NCBI GenBank assembly: GCA_946965045.2
Contig: OX337241.1
Span: 2,356,001 to 2,420,000, forward strand
DNA: 64,000 nucleotides
Origin: Epithemia pelagica
Taxonomy: Eukaryota; Protista; Bacillariophyta
Direction: 5' to 3'
Shown: positions 8,777 to 19,869 of the stretch, piece by piece
Layout of the letters: every line of letters begins with the position of its first letter
Numbering within the stretch: the stretch's first letter is position 1
The notes under the pieces: model-generated
Seen by the model: only the letters and a program-made list of their open reading frames with translations
Told to the model about the DNA's origin: nothing
The model's database searches: none
Made by a program: the position numbers and the translations under genes

Positions 8777-11160
8777 CGGGCCAAGACTCCTCCTCCCAAC
8801 GAAGCACGCGTCCTCCCGCATCGACTGCTTCGTCGAGTCGATCGACGGCCCTCACCACACAACCACAACCACAACAACCCCCTGCGTGGTTTCCCTTTTG
8901 GTCCGCCTTGGTGCAAAAAGCGAGCAGCGTACAACGCTGTGGAGGTTGCACGACTACCAACCACCACAAGAGTTTTACCACCAAAGGCCACCCAACCACA
9001 ACTTCATTCCACAAACCACCACCAAACTTTGCTCGACGACCCTCCCACCAACAACGATTCGTGGACTCCAGCAGCAAGGGTAGCAGTAATAGTAGTACTA
9101 CTCCTACGACGACGACGACAAGCCCCACAACGTTTCCGTCCATGTTGGCCTTGCATCAAGCCAATGCCTTGTCACGACAAATTGAAACCCTACTCTTGCA
9201 TCATCAAGGACCGAGTCAACGGAATTTGGGGGAACCACAACCAGAGCAAGAACAAGACGACGACCCGGAACCACACCACCAAGACCAAACGCCCATGACT
9301 CGGACGACGGCCACCGAACCCCTTGCTTCCTCCTCCAAGTCGTCTTCTTCTTCTTCTTCCTTACTCGTGTCCATTTTATCCTCGCAATACAATTTGGAAC
9401 AGGCCGTGTACGAAATGGCCCAGGCTCGGACTCGCGCCTTTTGGCTCGTGGATTTGAGTACGGTCGTTCATCGATTGGTGGAATGGGATCAAACATGGAA
9501 TGCCACGAGTAGTAGTAGTACGACGCATGTGCCCCCGGTACGACTCTTGTATCGCGTCTCGGCCAATGCCCATCCCATTTTGTTGCGCGTCTTGACCTGT
9601 TGTTGCACCACGACGACAACGACCAGCAGCAGCACAACAACAAGATCCTTGAGAGGAACCAAACAACCCCAACAACAACAACCAGAACAGGAACCCGTGG
9701 TGCAATTGGTGACGAGCAATGCGTGGGATTTGGAACAAGTCCAACACTTTGGTGCGTCGCAGCCGAAGCAGCAACCACACCCACCATTAGTGGTGACGGT
9801 GTGGGATGATTCCACCTGGACGGGCAAACCCAATGCCTATTTGCGCAAAGCCTGGCTCGGACGACCACAATCCTCCTCCGCGTCATCATCACAACCACCA
9901 CAAGCACAACCCGCCATTTCCTGTTTGGCCGTAAATGGACCCCACGAAGTGCATCGCATTTGGAATGCCTTGCAACGGGCCACGCAACGACGACGACAAC
10001 GACCAAACCAATCGTCACCCAACAACAACCACCACACTCCTCGTGCCGCCGGCTTGTCGGTCTGTCTTCGATTGCCCGTCGGTCACCCCCACCAATGGTT
10101 GGACACGTGGATTTCAACGGTCCAGGCCTTGGACCGGTTGGCCGTCACGCACCAGAACCAGGACCAGGACGAGTCGTCCTCCTCCTTGTTTGGCATTGTG
10201 GTGGTGAGTGTGGAAGTGTCCGATTTGATCCACTCCTCCAACGCACCACAAAAGGAGGAGGAGCACACGTCTCCCGTAGTAGACTATACGAGTACTCCGT
10301 CGAGTACGACTCCCCGACCGCCGTATTCGTTGGACTCGACCAGCTGGAAAGCCTTGATAGAGTGTCTGACGTGGAATCACCACAACCAGGATCACGACGA
10401 CACGAATGACGACACGCGACGAGTCGCATCGCCGCAGGCCATTCGAGTCGAATTGACGGGTTCGGTGGAATTGGATCCGGCCATGGTGGAATTTGTGTCC
10501 GTCCTCCAACGACAGGCGGCATGCTGCTCCACTACGACGACGACACGGCCACAACCACTGATTTCCGAACTGGCCATTGACATTACCGGTCCCCTCTTGA
10601 CGTCGGCGGGAGCCTTGTGTACACGGGTCATTGGTGTCCGAGAAAGTAGTAGTGACCCTACCAATCACGACGAGAGCAGCGCGAGTGCTAGCGCGAGTGC
10701 TCCGACGACGACCCCCCAAACCACAGAGGAGCCACCCGCCACAACAAGGACGACGACCCGTTCCAAACGCCGACTTCATTATTACATTGACGATGGATGT
10801 TATGGATCCCTCTATCAAGAAGAAGGAGGAAAAAGTGCCGCTCATCCACTTCAACCGGTTCCCCTCATTACCACGCCGCGGAGTACTACAGCAAGTAATA
10901 GCAACCAGGACACGCGGACAAACTCGACCCAGGACAACGACAATCACAACAACAAGGACACGTTTGTCTCGACCGTCTGGGGTCCCACCTGCGATGGATT
11001 GGATCGAGTGTGCAATGACATTTGGTTGCCGGAATTGCAACGAGACGATTGGCTCGTCTTTCCCATTCACTGCAGTGGAGGAGAAGGATTGGGAACCGCC
11101 TTTAATGGATTTTGTCCACCCGATACCGCCTATTGCGTCCTCGGATACTTTCGAGAGTAA
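8614..11160 (+). CDS. Ornithine-decarboxylase-fold protein, probably inactive (antizyme-inhibitor-like), copy 1
   Basis: C-terminal YYIDDGCYGSL, STVWGPTCDGLD, LPELQRDDWLVF and GTAFNGF motifs. The PLP-lysine motif YAVKCN reads YRVSAN. Confidence 0.75.
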
Positions 11161-11334
11161 CGAATAGAGAAACTGTGTGTGTGTATAGCAACAACAAGTA
11201 CCACTCAAACACAAAATGGCTTAGTATAGAATCTCCCATGTATATAGAACACTGTCATAAAATATCTAAATCGAGTGGCTCGGATCGAACGTGAGCCCGC
11301 TCTCGCTAATAAGTTTCGCCATGTATGTGCTGGT

Positions 11335-12779
11335 CTACAGTCCGGTGGCGTGTTGGCCCAAGGCATGAAGGACCATGGTCAAACGTTCCGTCACGGTCTT
11401 GTCCGTCGTGCTGCCTTCCATGGCATAATCCAATGGATTTCTCCCACTTCCATCCGTCCAAACGACTGCTTCCGGATCTTCCTCGAGCAAGCATTGAATC
11501 ACTGGCAATGACGCTCCATGAATCACGGCCGAGTGAAGGGCCGACCGTCCATAAAAATCCACGGCTTGGTTGGCATCCGGACAATGGTCCAACAAGAGCT
11601 GAACGACAGACGAGGATGCTGTGGTTCCCGTCTTGCAAACCAACTGCAAGGGCAAGGAACCATCCGAGGGATCGGGAATTGCGGCTCCCATTGGATACAG
11701 ACCCAGCAAAAGGTCCAAAAAGCCAATGGGAGCATTTTCAATGCAGGCCATGTGGATGGGAAGCCGTTTCCAAATGCTTCGAAAATGGCCACCCCCACCC
11801 TCCTCCGGTTTGCAGCATCTCATGTTGCTGTGGTGGCAGTGGTGGTCAACACCATAATACCACTTGTGTGCGGTCGTGGGATCATCTTCCACCAATTCCA
11901 GGGCTCGTGTCCAATCCCTCTGCACAATCATATCCAAAAGTCCATCTACAATGGATGGAGGCGGAGGAACCATGGCGTACCTGGACGATGATGAAAAAGA
12001 AGAATTGACAGTGGACGATTCCTTCTCTTGTGCTACAACTGTGTTTGCGGAGAAGTCCGCCTTGTTTTCTTCCTTGCTCGAGGACGAAGCCACCAGTGTG
12101 ATGGTGTCGAGAGGAATTGGTAGAGACTCATGACTGGTACAATCTCCCACGCCGGACAACAAAACATGCCGACATTGGTCTTTATAGTCGCCGTCCTTCA
12201 TGCATTCGTCCAAGTATTCCATGGCAGTTTTTCCATGCTTGTCACTAGGCCAATCCACCGGTCCCGACTCGCACAGGATTTGCAAGGATTCCAGTGGACC
12301 TGGTGTTGTCGTCTCATCATCATCACCGTCCTTCTTGAGTGTGGAAAGGGCCAAGCTTGTTTCGGGATTTGGCTCGCAAAGTGTGGGTAGGTTCCAGCCC
12401 GCCGCAACCAAATGAATGGGAAGCATGCCCAGGACAGGCGTCGACGCTCCACCTGGATACGCTCGAATCAAAAGGTCCAGAACGGAAGGACTCGCCTGAA
12501 AGATGCAGGCAATGTGAATGGGCAAAAGAAGCAGAAGACGAGTCCCATCATGCCTGGCAATTTCGTCCAGGAGGGGCTGGATATCCCACTCGACAACAAA
12601 CCGATTGAAATCATTCTTTTGGCTACTCGTCGTCGTGTCGGATACACCCGACGACGTGCTCTCCGTGTCGTTGGATACCTTGGCTTGCATTGTTGGCGCG
12701 AGTCCTTCGGTGAAACCAACCTGGAACGGAGCTGCAGGTTCTTGGCCCGTCCACGAGCCTCCTTCATTGTCATGACCAG
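11335..12779 (-). pseudogene. Ankyrin-like (LPIHxAC repeat) gene, 3' half
   Basis: Near-identical to the C-terminal half of 45439-48015. It stops abruptly at 12779. Confidence 0.85.
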
Positions 12780-12955
12780 CGATCTCTCTCTCTCTTCTCT
12801 GCAAACCAAATCAAGACGAGTTCTGTGAATTGTTTTGTTGGTTAGCCTTCTCTCTCGTAGAAACTTTGTCTCTCTCGTAGAAACTTTGTCTCTCTCTCTC
12901 TCTCGGCATGGTAGTCTCATGGCGCCAGTGTCGTAAGCGCGTATTTCCGGGGTGT

Positions 12956-13416
12956 TGTTCAAAATAATGAGATATGGTCAGTGAATGAAGAAGTGCGACC
13001 AATATTCGGAACCGGCATTCGGAAGTAGAAGATTCGACCGACAAGAGACGAGTACCATCGTTATTTCAAACAGAACAAATGAACCAATGGGCCGACCAAG
13101 TCTCATTTGGAGCAACGCGTCATCAACAATAACGGCCCAAACAAGTCCAATACATAGAGAAACGAGATCCTATGGCATCCCATAACTGTCGTCGTCTAAA
13201 CATTCTGACAGGCAAGAACGGGCTGGACGACGATACATAGGAAACCAAGATTGCAACAAGATCGCAAAAGATCTCCAATCTACCTTATCAAGCGGCCGAC
13301 GATCCAACGGATCACAGCCATCGCTACGAGTAGAAGTAAAGACTAAACACACAACTTAACTTTGTTTTACACGGGTTGAGCTCGTTCTTGTTGCCTACGG
13401 TAGCAGGAAAACAACA
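12956..13416 (+). repeat. 5' LTR, 461 bp, TGTT...AACA
   Basis: Matches 37247-37707; two substitutions seen by eye. Confidence 0.95.
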
Positions 13417-13430
13417 CGCTTCCTCTGCGC
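13417..13430 (+). promoter_or_regulatory. Putative non-canonical primer-binding site complementary to the initiator tRNA-Met D-arm
   Basis: The reverse complement GCGCAGAGGAAGCG(TG) matches the conserved eukaryotic tRNA-iMet segment GCGCAGYGGAAGCG. No TGG-type PBS follows the LTR. Confidence 0.65.
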
Positions 13431-13467
13431 TGTTTACAGCTAAAACGTTGTCAATTCATCATCCACC

Positions 13468-14724
13468 ATGGCCGCAAATTTTGCCCTTTCACCCGCTCAT
13501 GCCAACGCCAATCAAGTGATCAACTTCACGATGGCAGGAGGAGCGAAGTTTTACAAGCAAGCGATTCGTGGATTGTACGATAGTGGAGATCTCTACGACC
13601 TTGAAGCCGACGGACTCAAGACGTTCCTTGATACTCTCCAAGACAGGATCGTCAAACAAAACTGGACTTCGATCTTTGCAATTCCAGAAGCGATCGCTGC
13701 CCCCGACGCCAATCTTCGTTTGCTCACCAGCGAGTACCGTCGTGTCTCCTTGCAACAAGTCCGTGCCTATGTTGAACACTTCAATGGAGCCAATCGTCAG
13801 ACACAGAATGCATACATGGCATACACTTGCATTATGGCATCACTTACCGACGACGCCAAGGCACAGGTCAATATTCGACGCGAAGACTTCACTATCGATG
13901 GGCGTGGTTCCGGACCCCTTCTCCTCAAGGTTTTGATCTCGTTGGCACATGTGGACACCGAAGCCACCGTTATGGTTCTACGCCAACGCCTGGCTGACCT
14001 TCACATCTATATTATGGATGTGAACGCGGACATCGCCAAGTTTAACTTCTATGTAGACGAGACTCTTCGGGCTCTCAACGCGCGCGGCGAGCAGACGCTC
14101 GACCTTCTACCGAATCTATTTAAGGCTTACGAAACCGTGAACGACGATAACTTTCTAGAGTTCATTCGTCGCAAGAAGAACGCATATGAAGAAGGAGACA
14201 ATCCAGGACTGACCCCGCGTCAACTAATGAGCGTTGCTCGCACCAAGTACCAGACGCTCGTGGAACAGAAGAAATGGCAGGCTCTCTCGGCACGCGACCA
14301 GAAATTGATCGCACTTGAAGCATCCGTGAATAAACTCAAGGAACAGAAACGCAAGACTAACCCCAGTGACCAGAAGAAACAGACAAGCAAAGGGAAGACG
14401 GACAAGGCAACTGACAACGATAAGGCCTGGCTTACGGTGGGACCAAAGAGTGGTCAGTCCGAGACGAAGGAAGTCAACGGAAAAATGTGGTACTGGTGCA
14501 AGTGGCACGGAAAGTGGTCGACCAATAAAAACCACACGTCCGCAACGTGTAACGGACGTGGTCTGACAGGAGAGAAGAAACGGGCCTACGACGCAGCACA
14601 CGAGAACAGAGATGATACCACGTCCGAGAACACGGGAACGAACCCAGGACTCCGCCTTGCTAGTGCCCTAGCCGGCGCTACCCACGATGAAGACGATGAC
14701 AGCGACAACAGCACCGACGAATGA
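13468..14724 (+). CDS. gag: Copia Gag, 418 aa
   Basis: Sits directly after the LTR and PBS, with a C-terminal variant zinc knuckle WYWCKWHGKWSTNKNHTSATC. Confidence 0.85.
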   Translation: MAANFALSPAHANANQVINFTMAGGAKFYKQAIRGLYDSGDLYDLEADGLKTFLDTLQDRIVKQNWTSIFAIPEAIAAPDANLRLLTSEYRRVSLQQVRAYVEHFNGANRQTQNAYMAYTCIMASLTDDAKAQVNIRREDFTIDGRGSGPLLLKVLISLAHVDTEATVMVLRQRLADLHIYIMDVNADIAKFNFYVDETLRALNARGEQTLDLLPNLFKAYETVNDDNFLEFIRRKKNAYEEGDNPGLTPRQLMSVARTKYQTLVEQKKWQALSARDQKLIALEASVNKLKEQKRKTNPSDQKKQTSKGKTDKATDNDKAWLTVGPKSGQSETKEVNGKMWYWCKWHGKWSTNKNHTSATCNGRGLTGEKKRAYDAAHENRDDTTSENTGTNPGLRLASALAGATHDEDDDSDNSTDE

Positions 14725-16784
14725 CAACCAAACCCGGGATGGTTCCCCGGGCTGCACGACATGATCAAGCAGCTCGTTTACACAGTATTAGTGACGATCC
14801 TTTTATCAAGTTACACTATGCTGTGCTACGGGCTATGGTGTCCTAGGTGCTACCACCTGGAGTCAGTCCTAGACTACGTCCAAAGGCTATGCGACTCCAT
14901 AGCGACCTCTCTCGCGACCAAAATCAAAGTGAAGAAGAAACGAAGAATCGACCATGGCCGGAGACGACGGAGAACTAACTATACAGGACTCCTCCGGGCA
15001 TTATGCATGGCAACGATACTGACTTCGACAACTGGACAAGTTACTCACCGAGCGGCCCACGAAGTTGGCTTTGATACCGACAGCAGGAAAGTCTTGATTG
15101 ACATTGCCCAACCGCGTCAATTACGAACGACATACAAGACTGCTGCACCAAACCAATCAAAATCAAACGAAAGGTCAAGGGAGTAGCAGGAACATATCAA
15201 CCAGATATATACGAGACGACGATACGATGGGATATCGAGGACGACGACGGCAAGATCCATACGATCACGCTCCCAAGGTCCTTCTACATCCCATCGACTC
15301 CAACCAAACTGCTTTCGCCCCAACATTGGGCACAAACAGCAAAAGATATCAAACCCTTGCCGAGAGGAACACGATGCGTGACGTATAGCAACGCTATCGA
15401 ATTGATTTGGGGGCAAGGACTCTTCAAACGGACGATTCCATTGAAACAACGAGGTTCAAATGTGGGTGAGTTTACGACTGCCCCAGGATACACAAAATAC
15501 GAAGCGTTTTGCAAAAAGGCAGGCACGACAATCCAACAAGAGGACAACAAGCCCTTGCTGGTCAACAACGCAAACCTCATTGAAGACGACGACGAATCCG
15601 TCATGGAACGGTCTCCATCAACAATGGACCAAGATGAGGGAGACGATTGGAGTATCGACGAAAATCACAAGAATCTCGACGACGAACAAAATGAACATTA
15701 TTTTCCAACAAGAGATGTACCGATGACTACCGAGTTCCTCATAGACCCCAGCGATACGGTACATGTGATTCCTAATGAAGAAGAGGTACTCGCCGAAAGT
15801 CCAACGCTAGAGTTACTCCGAACGCATCATAGAATGGGACACCTGTCGATGGCGAAAATCCAAAGCCTTGCACGACAAGGAGGACTCCCAAAGCGACTTG
15901 CAAACTGTAAGGTCCCAGTCTGTACGGCGTGTATGTACGGGAAAGCTACGCGACGTCCCTGGCGAATCAAAGGTCATCGTGGAACACTAGATACCATGAC
16001 GTCACCGGGTCAATGTGTATCAGTCGACCAAATGATATCAAAGACTCCGGGTTACATTGTGCATCTACGAGGGACTCCCACACGGGACAGATATAGGGTG
16101 GCTACGGTTTTCGTCGACCACTTCTCAGGGGTAGGCTATGTACACCTTCAACGGAGTACATCAGCAAAAGACACGATCGAAGCTAAAGAACGGTTTGAAG
16201 CTTGGGCAGACACTCACGGAGTCAAGATCCGACATTATCACGCCGATAACGGCATCTTTGCCGACAATAAATTCCGGGAAGCAGTACAAATGAAGAATCA
16301 ACGATTAACTTTCAGTGGGGTTAATGCTCACTTTCAAAGTGGCATGGCCGAACGACGTATTAGAGAACTACAAGAATCAGGAAGAACAATGCTAATACAC
16401 GCCCAACGACGCTGGCCTAGTACAGTGACGACGAACTTATGGCCCTATGCAGTCCGCTATGCCAACGACATGTTCAATGAGGCACCAATGAAGAAACACA
16501 AGGAAAAGACGCCAATGGAACTATTTACAGGTTCAACGGTAAGATTCAATACACGACTCGCACATACGTTCGGATGTCCAGCATACGTACTCGACAACGA
16601 ATTACAAAGCGGAACTCCAATTCCCAAATGGTCCGAACGAGCTCGAGTTGGCATTTTCTTGGGCTATTCTCCCCAACATGCAAGGACAATCGGGCTTATC
16701 TTATCCCTTTCTTCCGGATTGACGTCACCTCAATTTCATGTTCAATACGATGACCAATTTGAAACCATACGCAAAAGTTTTGGA
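14725..16784 (+). pseudogene. pol: Copia Pol 5' part (protease, GAG-pre-integrase, integrase); 1-nt frameshift near 15101; cut by the nested transposon
   Basis: GFDTDS..VLID protease motif, HHRMGH...CTACMYGK zinc finger, and VSVDQ/HADNG/AERRIRE integrase core. Confidence 0.9.
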
Positions 16785-16884
16785 CATCTAAGGAAGGAAC
16801 GGTACGCCAGTTTATGGCGGTTTAATTATCGATAAGAAAGCACCCCTAAGCGCATCCTACTAGAATCATCCGCGCGCAGGACAC

Positions 16885-17112
16885 GCGCACACCTACAAGA
16901 ACATGCGCACACCTACAAGAACATGCGCACACCTACAAGAACATGCGCATGGCCCTTCCTCACGTTATTACTAAAAATGTGCTTTCCAGAACCAGCAAGC
17001 GCATGACCCACATTTCACCAACTTCAACACCATGCACAGTCAAGAACCAATAGTCATCACATCCCTCCACCTTCATGCACAGTCAAGAACCAACAGTCAT
17101 CACATACCCTCC
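16885..17112. repeat. Left subterminal repeats: 20-bp unit x3 and ~42-bp unit x2
   Basis: gcgcacacctacaagaacat x3 at 16885-16944; catgcacagtcaagaacca...ctcc x2 at ~17030-17112. Confidence 0.85.
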
Positions 17113-17312
17113 TATGTATGCACTCATCCTTGATTGTGTCACATCACCATCATGCGCATTACTCCAGCATCAAGTGCAAGCAAGTTGAACACAGTGCATT
17201 TAACTAACACCATGCACACACTCCCACTAACAACCAGCGAATGAATGGAACACAATACATGTAGCTATATAGGAGTAGTATATGAAATGAAACCAATTGT
17301 CACTCTGATCAA

Positions 17313-19305
17313 TCACTGCCACGACCGTTTTCGTGGCCTTTTAGAAGGCCTTGTCACAGCATCATCATCTGCATACCCCATTCGAGAGCGATATTGCCCA
17401 TTGAGAAACATCATGAACCAGATACCGCGGTCGCCTGCTCTGTCTTCACGAGCGATTTTCTCTTCCATATCCTCAAAATAGTCCATACCATCCTCATTCA
17501 TACATCGACTTGAGTTCCAACTGCCTGAATATTTGAAGCGAGGATACCTTGCTGAGGATGTATCAATCATTTGATCAACACCATTTTCATTGTACCACCT
17601 TGGATTTAATTCAAATAGTTTCGCCTTGAAAGTGGTCTTGCCCATGTGAGTCCACACATCCCAGCAATCCACAAGGATGGTCAATATGAATGCCTCGTCA
17701 CTTGAAGTGAATAACTTCAAGGCCTTTTCGCAATGTTCCTTTCCCTGCTGCTCAGTGTGGTCACCAAAATTGAAATCAATCACGGTTTTATGCATATTCT
17801 CACCATAGACACATGGACCAAACAATTGCAAGAGATATGAATAGGCATAGTTGTCACACTTCTCTCCTCTCAATAACAGAAATTCTTCCAGGGTAGGCAT
17901 TGGCCCAAAGTCTTCACAGTCGTTCAAAAGGCATGGATACCTCCGCTGGAAATTACTGTCACGCCATAGATCAAGACCCACATGTTCTAGATTCAGCAAC
18001 AAATTATCTCACATCTCTTTATGAGAAGACGACATGATGAACCAACACATTCACTCTTCGATTGACACTTACTTATAAATGCTTTTCGCATGGAAGCCAG
18101 AACATTTGATCGTTTGCTTCGGAACTTGTCAAGCATATAAGGTGAATGTTCAATCCACCACTCCTCTTGTTGTTTTGCATCCGTAATGCCTTTGCCTTTG
18201 AAATAGTGCTCAGTAAAATATGTTTTGCCATACTTCCCCCAAAGACCATTCGGATCTGCCTTAGTATCTTCGGACATGGAGAAATACTTGACATAACGCC
18301 ATGCCACCTTCCGAACAAATGTATCAAAGAACTTCTCCGATACCACCTCAGGCTTTTTCTTCGGCTTTTGCTTCTTATTCTTGTCCTTTTCGACAGAACC
18401 TTTGTGTGTAGTGGATGTTACAATCGTACTTGTCGGGCAAGATGATTGATTATGGTGTACTGTTGTTGTCTGTGTTTCCTGTGCCAACTGATTTTGAATA
18501 TCGTCTTGTAGAAGAGTTTCCATCGCCTGATCAGGCCCTGTTGTTAGCAAAGTAGATGATGAAGATGACGACATATCCGAAAGGGAAGAAACGTCGTTAG
18601 CAAAGGTATCACCTGATGCATTCAACCCACAAACACCCCCGTCATTAGAGCCGTCTCACCGACAAATTGTCCTCCTCTATTTTGTGCATCTAACAACTTA
18701 CTGACAAGTCCTCCAGCAGGAAAATGTCTCTCATTAGGATCAAAATCATCTCCATCATACTCACTGGGTCCATTGCTCATATTCTGCAATGCTCGTTGCA
18801 TTTCAGGTCCAGTGAGAATATTTACACCGACGTCGTCCTCCTCCATGTTATTAACTGCCGTGTTTGTTGGTTGCGCAAAACCAGATGATGGTTGTGTTCT
18901 CAGCCCACCCTGTTCATTATTGCTATCATCTGCTGAAGTCACATCGGCTCCATCTCTTTCTGAATTTGTTGCCTGCTCCAAAAGATTACCACTCCCTTCC
19001 ACAGTTGTGCCTTCTTGTGCTTGTGCTTGATCGTTGTTCATCAAGATCTGTTCCTCTTCTTCCTCGTCATCAGAACTATCTTCTTGGAGTACTAAACCTC
19101 CATTGGCTGCTGCAATAAGAGCATCTTTGTTTGTAATTGTCCCGTCCTTGTTAGGAAGATTCTCTTTATTTCTTGTTGCCACTGCTGCCAAGATGCTTCT
19201 TCGTTGTCGTTCAACCTCTTTCTGATTACTTCCATAGTTTGCATTTCGGACTGCTAAGGGTCGACGCCTCGTTGGAGCTGCATTTCTGGTGGTGACTCCT
19301 GCCAT
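17313..19305 (-). CDS. Transposon accessory protein, 3 exons, ~605 aa, function unknown
   Basis: Exons 19305-18702, 18612-18073 and 17986-17313 with GTAAG/AG introns preserve frame (1818 nt). C-terminal SSDEAFILTILVDCWDVW and KYSGSW motifs. Confidence 0.7.
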
Positions 19306-19869
19306 CGTTTATCTTGGATGCTCCGTCTGATTTATGACAAGGATGTGAACAAGAGCAGGGTGACAACAAGACCTCTGATGGACAACCATTCAAATTCAAA
19401 CGCTGGAATGCTCCATGTTTGAATCATAAACTCCGTGTTTGAACGATGGTCCTTTAGAGAACGTATGAAGATGAGCATAGGTGGTTTCAAGTACATCATA
19501 CTTGTCAGATGGAACATTGGTGCATGGGTTTGAATGATTGTCATTTCCTTTCTAATGTCGACAGTGTCGGTATCCTCGGCATTGACACAGTGTTTGAATT
19601 CCAATCGCTGCTATCACCGTTGGTATCTAACCCGGCAGGCTGGATTGGATTAAGTAAATACACACGACCGTTTGAAAATATTATGATCCGTTCATGTACA
19701 TAAGCGATTTTCAGTCGCTTTTATGCACCAACGTCGGCCGATCCACCCAATGCGGAGAAATTCTGATATATGCCACAAGATTGACCACCGATGTCTCAAT
19801 TTGCAGAAATCGATTACAGAGCATTTTTCATTACAAACCAAAATCTAAAACCACCAGCATCGTACCATC

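Noticed and set aside
8593-11214. Numerous long antisense and off-frame ORFs over the ODC-like, ankyrin-like and Pro-rich genes
   Set aside because: Shadow ORFs of stop-poor CAA/ACC/TCG low-complexity coding sequence; no domain motifs.
12985-13352. Small ORFs inside both LTRs
   Set aside because: Short, with no motifs; they recur only because the LTR is duplicated.
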